Shown: positions 50,442-60,844 of the stretch, one piece after another
Layout of the letters: each line of letters starts with the position of its first letter
Numbering within the stretch: position 1 is the stretch's first letter
Assembly: GCA_965207885.1 (NCBI GenBank)
Contig: OZ242311.1
Span: 256,001-320,000, forward strand
From: Candidatus Latescibacterota bacterium
GTDB lineage: Bacteria; Latescibacterota; UBA2968
Direction: 5' to 3'
Length of the DNA: 64,000 nt
Program-made: the position numbers and the translations under genes
Notes under the pieces: model-generated
Databases searched by the model: none
Told to the model about the DNA's origin: nothing
The model's input: only the letters and a program-made list of their open reading frames with translations

Positions 50442-51281
50442 ATGAATAAGTTAAGCAAAAACAAGCGGATACAGATACTTGCGATGTTGTGTGAGGGCAT
50501 GTCGATGCGGTCGGTAAGCCGTGTTGTCGGGTGTTCTATCAACTCCGTATTGAAGTTGTTGGTAGATGCAGGACAGGTGTGTGCGTTTTACCATGATGAG
50601 CATGTGCGCGGTATAGAAGCAGCCCATATCCAGTGTGATGAGATATGGGCTTTTTGTTATTGTAAGCAGAAAACGGTAGAAAACGGGAATGTGGATCAAT
50701 ACGGTGCGGGTGATGTGTGGACGTGGACGGCATTAGAGCGAGACACAAAGTTGATCATTGCCTATGAGGTCGGAGATCGGTCTGCTGTGACCGCAATGGA
50801 GTTTATATCGAATCTCCGTGCGAGATTGGTGACCCGGGTACAATTGACGACGGATGGCCTGAGGGCGTATCTCGAAGCGGTCGAGGGCGCGTTTGGTGAT
50901 GATATAGACTTTGCCCAATTGGTGAAGATTTACGATACTGAGACGAACCAGTTGAAACGTGTGGTGATTGGAAACCCTGTTGAGAGCGATATTTCAACAT
51001 CCCACGTTGAGCGTCAGAATCTCAATATGCGAATGGGGATGCGCCGGTTTACGCGACTGACGAATGCGTTTTCAAAGAAGTTGGAAAACCACATTCACAT
51101 GCTGAGTCTCTACTTTCTGTATTACAATTTCGTGCGGATGCATTTGACGTTGGAGACAACGCCAGCAGTCGCGGCAGGGTTGGCAGACGAAGCCTACACA
51201 ATGGGCTGGATCGTTGACCTGGTGGATGCTCACGCACCCAAACCCAATCGACCAAAAACGTACCGCAAAATTTCAAACTGA
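50442..51281 (+). CDS. IS1-family transposase
   Basis: N-terminal HTH, QCDEIWAF, TTDG, TSHVERQNL.MRMGMRRFTRLTNAFSKK and TPA.AAGL. Preceded by TTGACA-17 bp-TAAATT. Confidence 0.93.
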   Translation: MNKLSKNKRIQILAMLCEGMSMRSVSRVVGCSINSVLKLLVDAGQVCAFYHDEHVRGIEAAHIQCDEIWAFCYCKQKTVENGNVDQYGAGDVWTWTALERDTKLIIAYEVGDRSAVTAMEFISNLRARLVTRVQLTTDGLRAYLEAVEGAFGDDIDFAQLVKIYDTETNQLKRVVIGNPVESDISTSHVERQNLNMRMGMRRFTRLTNAFSKKLENHIHMLSLYFLYYNFVRMHLTLETTPAVAAGLADEAYTMGWIVDLVDAHAPKPNRPKTYRKISN

Positions 51282-51290
51282 GACACTACC

Positions 51291-52215
51291 GGATTTCCTG
51301 CTCGTACACGGGCGCGTACTTGCCAAAACGCCCGCGCTCACCTACATTGGTACCGTGATCCCCAGCGACAATGATCGCGGTATTTTTGCTCAGACCCGTG
51401 GCGTCAAAAGCCTCGAGAAACCGCCCGAAGCAATGATCCATCCACGTGACCTTGGCCGCGTAACTCGCTTTGAGGCGCGCTCTGGCTTCATCGGGCAAAT
51501 TGGGATTGTTGCGTCCCCCACCCTGAAAAGCGCGGGGATCAAGCCGCCCATCATAACCGGGGGTCTTGTCGTATTTCAGCATAAAGGCCGGGGGCACGTC
51601 CCACGGTTCGTGAGGGTCGAAGCAGTCAATCCAAAGAAAGAAATTTTCTCGCCGCGCATTATCCCGCAAGAATTGAGCTGCCGTATTGAACAGCTTCGCG
51701 CAATTCCAATCGTCTAAATTTGTGCGTCCCCGATTGGTACGGGCATACGTGTAATTGTGTTTTGTCAGATCCGCATCTTCGCCCAAAACATCGAATAAAG
51801 GATCTCTGCACCAGTTGCTGGGCCACTGCGCTTCATCGTCCATCCATGCGCGGTCAACTTCTGCACCGCGGATAAATGTCCACGTGTGGAAGGGATAATC
51901 AAATGCGTGCCCACCGTTGACGAGATGAGGCGTATCGTGAATGAGCTGTGTCGCGTATCCGGCTTCCCCCAGAACAGAGGGAAGAGACCGAGTATCAAAA
52001 GGCAAGGGTTTCCAAGTGTGGAACGGACTGCCGTATTTCCCGGTCATAACATCCGTGCGATAGGGAATGGTGGGAAAGCTGGCGGCAAAAGCCCGATCAA
52101 AACACCATGACTGCGCAGATAGACGGTCGAGATTGGGCGTTTCGATCCAGTCATTTCCGTTTGCACCAATATAGTCGTAGCGCATTGTATCAATAATAAT
52201 GAGGACAATATTCAT
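51291..52215 (-). pseudogene. Sulfatase-fold hydrolase truncated by the IS1-family element
   Basis: IIDTMRYD, FPTIPYR, FDPHEPWD and GDHG. The ORF ends in the TIR shortly after GDHG. Confidence 0.85.
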
Positions 52216-52237
52216 AGAAACCTCCAGGAATATATCT

Positions 52238-52435
52238 ATGCAAAAACACATCGATGAATTCAAGCGGGACGGTTATACCGTTTTGAAAGAATTATTTGAT
52301 CGCGAGACCACCGAACAGTGGAAGGCGGTTTTCGACGATCTGGTAACGCGACAATCCGCACCAGAGGAAATATTGTGGAAGCGGTGGATTGCAGAAGACC
52401 GACAAACCACAATTATCGCGAATTGTCCCTTTTAA
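52238..52435 (+). pseudogene. Probable N-terminal fragment of a PhyH-like gene
   Basis: HIDEFKRDGYTVLKELF resembles PhyH N-termini; only 65 aa. Confidence 0.5.
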
Positions 52436-54471
52436 AAATTGACCTTGTATTGTTCGAGGGCCTCGAGCGCCTCATTATCGGGGTGGGGGTATATGTCGCG
52501 GGATTTCGCAAAAGACGCAACAGCTTCTACTCTCTTCCCCTGTTTTTGCAGTAGGCTACCCTTCAAGTAGTATAGCAGTGCCAGGGGTTTCTTTCTCAGT
52601 GCGTCGTGTTTGAGAGTCTCTGCCCTATCTAACCACGTTGAGACCTGTTCCCAGTGCGAGCTATTTCCATGCCTTATCAGTGTGTTGGCCATGCTGATGA
52701 GGCACACATAGCTTCCCTCTGCGAGGCGGAACAATTCCTGCATTGAAGTGAGAAGCCCCGAATCACCAGAAAAATAAATCAAACCCAAATATCGCCCGTA
52801 CTGGAACAACAAGTTGTTTCGAACTACGCGCTCCCAGCGATCAATGGGTTGCAGATGCATCAGATAGGTGAAAAATTCCTCTCCATGTGAATAACGCGCT
52901 ATCGTTATGTTACCCGGCTTGCCACCTTTAACCACCTCCCAGAGGAAACCATATATCAATTTCTCTCGATCACGAAAATCGCGAAAAATGTTGAGATCGA
53001 AAGAAAAAAAGAGGGCGCGTTCTGTCGAATCGGTGAATTTTACCAAAACCTCCTCCTTCTTTTCGGGAGGCAAAGTTCCTTCGTAGAGCCGTTTGCCATA
53101 GGCCAATGCTCCATAATGGTACAACTCGATATCTGGACGGCGGTTCTCAACGTAGTGAAAGAAACCCAAGAGGAAAGAGGATGTGTCGTCGTGTACAATC
53201 AGGACTGCATTTGGTGGAAGGAGACTAAATACCATGTCCGCATAGTGCTCGGCAAAGTCGCTGTCGGATCGATCATTGACCCGCCAGTGTTCGTGCACCG
53301 ACCACGCAATCATCGCAGCGCCCACCAGCACTGCCATACCAATTTTGAGTCCCGATTCACGGGCAAATTTGGAGGACAACCGTTCCGCCAGCCAGTCGAG
53401 CACAACCTGCAATCCAACGCCCAGCCACAGAGCCGCTATGCCATAACACAACAGGGAATAGGGACGGAAGATCGCGCCCCAGAAAAAGTCAAAATCGAAG
53501 CCCAGCAAGGCGATCAGCACGATGCTATTGCCCAAAAACACCAGCAATCCCGAACCCGCTTTTGCGATCTGCCGCCGCCGAAACAGAATGATCAGGCCGA
53601 ACACGGCGAGTGCAAATCCCGGCAGCGTCAATTGCCACAAAAATTCATTGCCAAGCCATTGCATGAACCCGAATCGGTCATTCCATCCGGCGCTGGGGCT
53701 GGTATCTACTGTAGCATAGCCCTCCCGACTGAAGTAGAACCAGAATTCTTTCAGAGTATCGATAGAGCCGTAAAAATTGATCAGGGGATCTTGATGCGAC
53801 CGCCAGACCATCCAGGCATAAGGTAATGCCGCACACGGCAGGGAAATCCCTAAAAGTAGCGGCAGTTTCCGATACACGGTGCGCCAAATGGGAAAGACCA
53901 ATAACATCAAACCCGGCGTTGAAAGCACCATCAGCGGCCAGTGATTGGCCAAACTCAATCCATAAGCGATAGCCGTGGCAATCCAGATCCCGGTACGCTG
54001 CGGCTGGCGGATGCCGTACAAAAGCAACATGTAGAGACCAAAAAAGAACAGCGCATTGAGTGTATAAACCTCGGCGATAATAGCCTGAGACCAGAAATGC
54101 TCAGAAGCGGCAAACAGCCATGTAGCGATCAGGCCTGGAATTGGCGATGCACCCAACAGGCGGGCACACACATAAACGCAGCCGCAGGTGAGCGCGCCCA
54201 ATACCGCACTGGACAAATGACCGAGAAAAGCAACACTACCAAAGGGCAATTGCGTAAACAGATAGACAATAAGGGTATAGAGTGGATAGCCCGGCGGATG
54301 CGTCACACCGAGGTGTGCTCCAGCCATGAGAAACAAGCCATCGTCTTCCTGAACAACAGTGCGCGGCATACTAAGCACATAAAGCACGAGCGGGGCGACA
54401 ACTGATGCGGCCAATGCGATCCCATCGCGCAAGAGATTAAATACTTCAACCTGGGCAGGTGCACGATTCAT
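52432..54471 (-). CDS. DUF2723 (TMEM260-like) GT-C membrane protein with a C-terminal TPR
   Basis: LGVTHPPGYPLY, FWSQAIIAEVYTL and LANH. Confidence 0.87.
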   Translation of the reverse strand: MNRAPAQVEVFNLLRDGIALAASVVAPLVLYVLSMPRTVVQEDDGLFLMAGAHLGVTHPPGYPLYTLIVYLFTQLPFGSVAFLGHLSSAVLGALTCGCVYVCARLLGASPIPGLIATWLFAASEHFWSQAIIAEVYTLNALFFFGLYMLLLYGIRQPQRTGIWIATAIAYGLSLANHWPLMVLSTPGLMLLVFPIWRTVYRKLPLLLGISLPCAALPYAWMVWRSHQDPLINFYGSIDTLKEFWFYFSREGYATVDTSPSAGWNDRFGFMQWLGNEFLWQLTLPGFALAVFGLIILFRRRQIAKAGSGLLVFLGNSIVLIALLGFDFDFFWGAIFRPYSLLCYGIAALWLGVGLQVVLDWLAERLSSKFARESGLKIGMAVLVGAAMIAWSVHEHWRVNDRSDSDFAEHYADMVFSLLPPNAVLIVHDDTSSFLLGFFHYVENRRPDIELYHYGALAYGKRLYEGTLPPEKKEEVLVKFTDSTERALFFSFDLNIFRDFRDREKLIYGFLWEVVKGGKPGNITIARYSHGEEFFTYLMHLQPIDRWERVVRNNLLFQYGRYLGLIYFSGDSGLLTSMQELFRLAEGSYVCLISMANTLIRHGNSSHWEQVSTWLDRAETLKHDALRKKPLALLYYLKGSLLQKQGKRVEAVASFAKSRDIYPHPDNEALEALEQYKVNF

Positions 54472-54475
54472 TTCT

Positions 54476-55252
54476 TCACACTTCCTGCACCACCAGCGGA
54501 CGCCTTCCAGCAGATGGCGGCGTCAAGATACGCCGCTGTTGATCTGATGGGTTGGTATAGTCATCCGCATTGTAAAACTTATTGGAATACGCCAGATGCC
54601 CCGGCGCGTATTTATACAGAAATGCGCGGCGTTCATGGCCTGCTCTCCACGGCATCGTGCCGTGCATCAGCGCCTCTGTAAAAATCAATGCATCGCCTGC
54701 TTCCACTTCTGGTTGAACCATATAATCGGGAACGCGTTCAAAACCTCGCACTTCGGGTGGCACATTTTGTCCAAAATTGGTCTTATGGCTTCCGGGAATA
54801 CACGCAAAGCCGCCATCTCCCGCCTTTGCATCCGCCAAAAAGAACGTCACCACACTCAACCCATTCAACATCTCACCTTCCAGATACAGGTACTTGCGCT
54901 GGCTGCCCGTATGTCCTCCGGGCGCACCGTGCAGGCGACCACATGCAGCCCCCGGCCTCATAAAAATGCAATAATCGTGATCGAGCCGAAAAGCTGGACC
55001 GAGCAATTCAATTAAATACGGCAAAATACGCGGGTGATCAATCAGTGCCTGTGTCTCTGGCGACCACGCAGACACGCGCCCCACTTGTCGGCGACCAACT
55101 CGCCCCTTTGAGTCCTTGCCCGGATCGTCGTAATCTCGCACAAATGTCGCATCAGCGACTTCATTGAGCCGTTTGACTGCCTCGGGCGTCAACACATTTT
55201 TGATGACCAGATATCCCTCGAGGTCAAACATAAACCTTTCTTCTGGTGTCAT
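54476..55252 (-). CDS. PhyH-like dioxygenase
   Basis: FDLEGYLVI, GFACIPGSHK and AGDALIFTEALMHG. Confidence 0.85.
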   Translation of the reverse strand: MTPEERFMFDLEGYLVIKNVLTPEAVKRLNEVADATFVRDYDDPGKDSKGRVGRRQVGRVSAWSPETQALIDHPRILPYLIELLGPAFRLDHDYCIFMRPGAACGRLHGAPGGHTGSQRKYLYLEGEMLNGLSVVTFFLADAKAGDGGFACIPGSHKTNFGQNVPPEVRGFERVPDYMVQPEVEAGDALIFTEALMHGTMPWRAGHERRAFLYKYAPGHLAYSNKFYNADDYTNPSDQQRRILTPPSAGRRPLVVQEV

Positions 55253-55266
55253 TTCGCCCTCCTCTT

Positions 55267-56412
55267 TCAAATATAATTCGTCGAACCATCAGGCGCTTTA
55301 GTACTCCCCCGTTCCCAGTGGACGTATTCACCAGCCCTGATGACTTCTTCATTCACTTCCACACCCAAACCGGGGCGGTCTGGCCTCAGTTCCAAATATC
55401 CATCCACGGGCCAATAGGGTTCATCCAGCCAGTTCAGGGCATTGTTTTCATCGGGCAGGTGATATTCCAGAATTTTGAAATTGGGCGTGGCCGCGGCAAA
55501 TTGGACATTGACCGCTGTAGCCAACGGTCCCATCGGATTGTGCGGTGCCACCGACACATAATGCGCCTGTGCAATCGCAGCGATCTTCCGCATCTCCAAC
55601 AACCCACCGCATATACAAATGTCTGGCTGAATAATATCCGCGCCATCTTTCGACATCAAATCCAAAAACTCAAACTTCGTGTACAGAGATTCACCCGTTG
55701 CCAGCGGCACCTGCATTTGTGAACGCAAGCGCGCCCACGCATCGCTGTTCTCGGGCCTTAACGGTTCTTCATAGAAAAGCGGATCGTAAGGGGCAAGGGC
55801 GTTGGCCAGTTGCAATGCGCGAATTGGCTCAAAAATTTTGGCATGTGGATCAAATGCAAATTCCCAGTTGTCATCCGAATACTTTCGCAATGCCTCGAAA
55901 TAATCGGCGGCAGCCGCGCATACCCGACCCCATCGGTCTGCACTGGGATCCAGACGAAACGGACTGGTTTTAAATGCCGTAATGCCGTGCTCTTCATTTA
56001 GCTGGCGCGCAACTCTTGCTGCTTCCCTGCCGTCTTTTCCACCAACACTCCGATAAACCTGAATGCGATCGCGCACAGCACCGCCCAACATCATATAAAC
56101 CGGCAATCCCGCTGCTTTGCCACTGATATCCCACAGCGCGTGGTCCAGCCCCGACATAGCGGAAAGACCTATTGCCCCGGGTGGAAATCTGAACTGCTGA
56201 AACAGCTTGAGCATGATATATTCAATCCGCCGCGGATCTTCGCCTTTAACCAGCTCAAAAATATAATCCATCGTTGGACCAATTGCCAGATCGGGACCGG
56301 GGCTATAACACTCTCCCCATCCGTAAATGCCTTCGTCAGTTTCGACCTTCACCAGCGCACGAGACCGCTGCCCCATGCTCGCCATAAACGTCTTGATCGC
56401 TGTAATCTTCAT
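55267..56412 (-). CDS. Mandelate racemase/enolase superfamily dehydratase (galactonate dehydratase-like)
   Basis: MKITAIKT, ALWDISGK, DPH, YEEP, ATGE, QPD and APHNP. Confidence 0.9.
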   Translation of the reverse strand: MKITAIKTFMASMGQRSRALVKVETDEGIYGWGECYSPGPDLAIGPTMDYIFELVKGEDPRRIEYIMLKLFQQFRFPPGAIGLSAMSGLDHALWDISGKAAGLPVYMMLGGAVRDRIQVYRSVGGKDGREAARVARQLNEEHGITAFKTSPFRLDPSADRWGRVCAAAADYFEALRKYSDDNWEFAFDPHAKIFEPIRALQLANALAPYDPLFYEEPLRPENSDAWARLRSQMQVPLATGESLYTKFEFLDLMSKDGADIIQPDICICGGLLEMRKIAAIAQAHYVSVAPHNPMGPLATAVNVQFAAATPNFKILEYHLPDENNALNWLDEPYWPVDGYLELRPDRPGLGVEVNEEVIRAGEYVHWERGSTKAPDGSTNYI

Positions 56413-56414
56413 AT

Positions 56415-57287
56415 CTATCCTCCCACTTTGCACGCCACGCGATAAACATCCGTTCGCGCTGTAAAAAACAACGTCTTCCGATCTTCGCCGCCCCAGTTCA
56501 AATTGGCAGCGGGAAGAGGCAGTCTAATTTTCCCAAGAAGGTCACCCGCAGGATTAAACACCCAGACAGCCCCAGGCCCCGTGCAATATATATTCCCATG
56601 GCGATCCAGCTTCATGCCATCGGGTGCACCATCTTCGTCGCCTTTCAGTTCCGCCAATACTCTGCCATTTGCGAGAGAGCCATCATCCTGCACGTCAAAT
56701 GCGCGAATATGTCCCCGTTGCGTGTCATCGACGTACAGGGTCTTTTCATCGGCTGTTATCGCCAACCCATTGGGGCGTTCAAAATCGTCAATCAAAAGAA
56801 CGGGTTCTGATTCGCCTACAGGCAGGCGATACACCCCCAGAAACGGCAATTCCTGTTCTGCCACCACGCCGTGGCTGCTCGACAGACCATACGGAGGATC
56901 CGTGAAAATGATGTCCCCATTCTGACATACAACCAGATCATTGGGTGAATTGAGTTTTTTGCCCTGATAGGAATCCGCCAGCGTCTTCAACTCGCCATCT
57001 GCCTCAACGCTCACCCGCCGGCCAGAGTGCTCGCACGAAAGAAGCCGCCCCTGTCCATCCAGAGTCAATCCATTTGAATGATAACTCGGCTGACGATATG
57101 CGACTATCCCCCCTTCTGGCGTCCACTTAAAAATGGTATTTTCCGGAATATCCGAAAAAAACAAACAGACTTGTGCGGGGTCCCAGACCGGACCTTCGGT
57201 GAACTGAAACCCATCTGCAACCAATTCGGGTTCTGCCGCGGGATCGACCAGATCAGCCATCTCGTCCCGAATAACTTCAATACCCAT
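56415..57287 (-). CDS. SMP-30/gluconolactonase family protein
   Basis: FTEGPVW, SNGL, NSPND, PNGL and PDGM. Confidence 0.92.
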   Translation of the reverse strand: MGIEVIRDEMADLVDPAAEPELVADGFQFTEGPVWDPAQVCLFFSDIPENTIFKWTPEGGIVAYRQPSYHSNGLTLDGQGRLLSCEHSGRRVSVEADGELKTLADSYQGKKLNSPNDLVVCQNGDIIFTDPPYGLSSSHGVVAEQELPFLGVYRLPVGESEPVLLIDDFERPNGLAITADEKTLYVDDTQRGHIRAFDVQDDGSLANGRVLAELKGDEDGAPDGMKLDRHGNIYCTGPGAVWVFNPAGDLLGKIRLPLPAANLNWGGEDRKTLFFTARTDVYRVACKVGG

Positions 57288-57329
57288 TGTATGAACCTTT
57301 CATAAAAAGTTGTAAAAAACAAAAAATAG

Positions 57330-57527
57330 TTATGCGGTCACTTCCTGAAATGAAAATTCCCGGAGTCCTGCATTGGCTTTGGCGTGCTCAATTGTCATAC
57401 TTACCAGATTCCCCTCTTCATCGAGATCGACATAGATGTTTTCATTAATTTCTCTGGTCTCAAAAATTTTTTTATCTACAAATTCAACCAGTGCCGTATC
57501 GGTATCGGAAAAGTATCGTACTTTCAT
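57330..57527 (-). CDS. DUF2283 family protein (putative antitoxin)
   Basis: MKVRYFSDTDT...VDLDEEGNLVSMTIEHA. Confidence 0.85.
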   Translation of the reverse strand: MKVRYFSDTDTALVEFVDKKIFETREINENIYVDLDEEGNLVSMTIEHAKANAGLREFSFQEVTA

Positions 57528-57769
57528 ATCTCATTCTCCTCTTCAAAATCTCTATCAAAAAAAGCATTGTGAACCGTTTCTCCGTCTTCTAATAAAACGA
57601 CTCTTAGATATTTGTCGGCTTCAGATATTTTAGCCCACATTCGCATTCTGCCATCGGTCTGTATCTCTGTTCTCAAAGGATTATTGATTGTATATTGAAT
57701 CCATTCGTCTGTAATATTGATGCGATCAGGTCGCTTGCGAGTGTGTTTGAAATATTCGGTTGTTTTCAT
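57524..57769 (-). CDS. DUF4258-like putative toxin
   Basis: LRVVLLEDGETVHNAFFDR; coupled to the DUF2283 gene. Confidence 0.7.
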   Translation of the reverse strand: MKTTEYFKHTRKRPDRINITDEWIQYTINNPLRTEIQTDGRMRMWAKISEADKYLRVVLLEDGETVHNAFFDRDFEEENEI

Positions 57770-57858
57770 TTAGATCGCCTAAAATTCAGAACGACACTGA
57801 TGGCAATGGATTAATTTACGGGCATTCATACACATCGGCAACCGTTAAAGGAGGGGTT

Positions 57859-59091
57859 ATGGAGCGCGTAATCAGCCTGCTGGGTCTGGTCGTCATGATG
57901 GGCCTGGCCTGGGCTATGAGTGAGCATAAAAAGCAAGTGAGCCTTCGCGTGGTCTGGGGCGGGCTGTTGTTGCAGTTTGTCCTCGCGGTATTCATTTTGA
58001 AAACGTCAATAGGTGCGGCCATATTTCAGAGTATTGGAGATTTTTTCACCGCCACATTGGGCTTTGTCGATGCGGGCACAAGCCTGGTATTTGGAGAAGA
58101 ATACGTACACCATTTCTTTGCCTTCAAAGTATTGCCCACCATCATCTTCTTTTCGTCACTGATGTCCATCCTCTACTACCTCGGCATCATTCAAAAAGTC
58201 GTCGAAGCATTTGCCTATGTCATGCAACGCACACTGGGAACATCCGGATCGGAAACACTCTCTGCAGCAGCCAATATCTTTGTCGGACAAACAGAAGCCC
58301 CGCTGATGGTGCGCCCATACATAAGCAGCATGACAAAATCGGAACTCATGGCATTGATGGTCGGTGGCTTTGCGACAATCGCCGGTGGCGTCCTGGTCGC
58401 CTATGTGGGTATGGGCATTGACGCGGGACATCTCGTAGCCGCATCGGTCATCTCCGCACCTGCAGCATTGCTAATTTCCAAACTGATGATTCCCGAAATC
58501 GAGCAATCCATGACCAGGGGACACGTTGAATTAAGTGTGGATGAAAAACACGCCAATATCGTGGATGCAGCGACTAAAGGGGCATTAGACGGCATGAAAC
58601 TAACCCTAAACGTCGTCGCAATGCTCATCGCTTTCCTTGCCCTTGTCGCACTGGTCGATGCTGTTCTCGGTTTGATTGGTGAGTGGATTGGCGCGCTCCT
58701 TGGATACAACTGGCACTGGTCCCTTGCCGCACTTTTCGGTTATATCTTTGCACCATTTGCCTATTTGCTGGGCATTCCGTGGTCCGATTGCTTCTATGCT
58801 GGCGAATTACTGGGCAAAAAGATGGTGCTCAACGAATTTATCGCCTATGCACAAATGATGGAATGGTCCCAGTCCGATTCCGGCGTGGTCTTGAGCGAGC
58901 GGAGCACCTTGATACTGACGTATGCATTGTGCGGCTTTGCCAACTTTGGCAGCGTGGGCATCCAAATCGGCGGCATCGGCGGCATTGCCCCAGAACGCCG
59001 CACAGAATTAGCCATCCTCGGCATACGCGCCATGATCGGCGGCACACTTGCAATGATGATGACCGCCTGTGTTGCGGGTATTTTGATCTAA
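57859..59091 (+). CDS. nupC: Concentrative nucleoside transporter (CNT/NupC family)
   Basis: VLPTIIFFS, NIFVGQTEAPL, GFATIAG, NEFIAY and LCGFAN; AAGGAGG RBS. Confidence 0.93.
   Translation: MERVISLLGLVVMMGLAWAMSEHKKQVSLRVVWGGLLLQFVLAVFILKTSIGAAIFQSIGDFFTATLGFVDAGTSLVFGEEYVHHFFAFKVLPTIIFFSSLMSILYYLGIIQKVVEAFAYVMQRTLGTSGSETLSAAANIFVGQTEAPLMVRPYISSMTKSELMALMVGGFATIAGGVLVAYVGMGIDAGHLVAASVISAPAALLISKLMIPEIEQSMTRGHVELSVDEKHANIVDAATKGALDGMKLTLNVVAMLIAFLALVALVDAVLGLIGEWIGALLGYNWHWSLAALFGYIFAPFAYLLGIPWSDCFYAGELLGKKMVLNEFIAYAQMMEWSQSDSGVVLSERSTLILTYALCGFANFGSVGIQIGGIGGIAPERRTELAILGIRAMIGGTLAMMMTACVAGILI
59055..59087 (+). repeat. Direct repeat copy 1 (nupC 3' end)
   Basis: GATGATGACCGCCTGTGTTGCGGG is identical to 62196-62219. 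Confidence 0.9.
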
Positions 59092-59225
59092 AAAAACGCG
59101 GTTGGTTGACTTTTATTGTTGGGTATAGTAATTTCGAACATAACCAGCAGTTCCGACGAAGCGACGACGACTTAGAAACCGATGGTCGTCCAAGGGACGA
59201 TCATAGAGAGGTTAATAGGTAAAAA

Positions 59226-60674
59226 ATGAAAAATATTGTTTTACTTATCACCGATACCTTTCGGTATGACAATCTCGGCGAGCGGGCGAGACGTCCGATT
59301 CGCACGCCAATGCTCGATAAATTTGAGGCAGAACGAGCGACTGCTGTTGACAAATTCTATATGAGTAGTTTCCCGACGGTACCGCACCGCACAGATATTA
59401 TGACGGGAACAGTCGGGTGGCCCCACTACCCGTGGCAGCCAATCGATCTGAGCGGACGGAACATCACCGCGCAACTTCTGAGTGAGCAGGGATACGCAAC
59501 GCAGCTCATCTGTGACACCCCGCACCTGTTTAACACACGGTTCCAGCACTGTTTCGATGCCGCTTTCCAGGATCGTGGACAGGAAGGAGACAAACCGCTT
59601 CTCCACCTCAACGATGAAATAAAAATCGTTATGCCGAATGAAAAGACGCGACCGCATCCATCATACCGCGGACACACCCTACCAAACACGCACCGCTGGA
59701 CGAACCGCTACTACCAGTACGAGGCGGAAACGTTCTCCAGTAGAACTTCCGAGACTACAATTCGATGGTTGGAGGAAAACCACCGCTCGGGTCCCTTTTT
59801 CCTCTGGGTTGACTTCTTTGATCCACACGAACCGTGGGACCCACCTGAATACCTCGTCAAACGATACGATCCAGATTATACCGGTCCACCGATGATACAT
59901 CCGAACTACGGTCTGTCGTCCCTCTTTACGGATGCGGAATTGCACAACCTCTGGGCACACTACGCAGCAGAGGCAGAACTCATTGACCGACACATCGGAC
60001 GGGTTCTGCAGAAAGTGGAAGATCTGGAATTATGGGATGATACCCTCGTCGTTGTGCTTTCCGACCACGGCATGTCCATCGGTGAACACAGTAGAACGGG
60101 CAAATCCAACATCGATCCAGACGATTCACGCTACTGGCCCACGTATCCAGAGATTAACCATGAGATGTTCCTGATTGCTGGTGGAGATGTTCCGTGCGGG
60201 CAACGCCTCGATCTTATCGCGCAACCGATGGATATTATGCCGACACTCTGTGAATTGGCTGGTGTTACCCTGGATCCACCCAAACCATTTGAGGGACATT
60301 CCTTCACACAGGCTCTCCTTAACGGTGATACACAACACAGGGAATACGCCGTAACAGGTTGCCATATCGGCGCACCGGATGGGAGTGTACCACGTCGAGC
60401 AACAACGCCGTTCCTCGTCACCGAACGCTGGGGATACGCACCTGTCGGTGAATACGGTAGACCGGAACTGTTCGACCTGCCCGCAGACCCCATAGCGGAG
60501 AACAACATCGCTGCGGATAACATGGAACTCGTCAAGGAATTGCATGAACTCTTTATGGCGCATCTCACGGAGCATAATGCGCCTGAGAAGTTCCTTGATC
60601 TCTGGAAGGAAGAACCCTCCGGCGACGGACGCGGCAAATGGTCGATCGACTATCCTGACGAGTCAGATGAATAG
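59226..60674 (+). CDS. Sulfatase-fold hydrolase with Thr at the FGly position
   Basis: ITDTFRYD, FPTVPHR, FDPHEPWDPP and SDHG. Confidence 0.88.
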   Translation: MKNIVLLITDTFRYDNLGERARRPIRTPMLDKFEAERATAVDKFYMSSFPTVPHRTDIMTGTVGWPHYPWQPIDLSGRNITAQLLSEQGYATQLICDTPHLFNTRFQHCFDAAFQDRGQEGDKPLLHLNDEIKIVMPNEKTRPHPSYRGHTLPNTHRWTNRYYQYEAETFSSRTSETTIRWLEENHRSGPFFLWVDFFDPHEPWDPPEYLVKRYDPDYTGPPMIHPNYGLSSLFTDAELHNLWAHYAAEAELIDRHIGRVLQKVEDLELWDDTLVVVLSDHGMSIGEHSRTGKSNIDPDDSRYWPTYPEINHEMFLIAGGDVPCGQRLDLIAQPMDIMPTLCELAGVTLDPPKPFEGHSFTQALLNGDTQHREYAVTGCHIGAPDGSVPRRATTPFLVTERWGYAPVGEYGRPELFDLPADPIAENNIAADNMELVKELHELFMAHLTEHNAPEKFLDLWKEEPSGDGRGKWSIDYPDESDE

Positions 60675-60682
60675 AAATTGGT

Positions 60683-60716
60683 AAAAGGCGGGACACCGAA
60701 GTGTTCCGCCCTTTTT
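60683..60716. terminator. Probable bidirectional terminator
   Basis: AAAAGGCGGGACAC-CGAA-GTGTTCCGCCCTTTTT. Confidence 0.72.
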
Positions 60717-60844
60717 GTATTCATACTTTATCCCTGCACCGACGCTCAATCTCAAAAAGCTTCGGATGCTCCCCACCTCAGAAAGGGATGATCTGGTTTC
60801 CAAATTTCCTTTTGCTTTTCATTCCTAAATGAAGTACTGAAAAC

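Larger units (their letters stand above)
48525..51290 (+). mobile_element. IS1-family element with passenger genes (transporter IS)
   Basis: 29-bp TIRs GGTAGTGTCTCAGTTTGAAA(A/T)TTTGCGGT with one mismatch; no target duplication. Confidence 0.9.
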
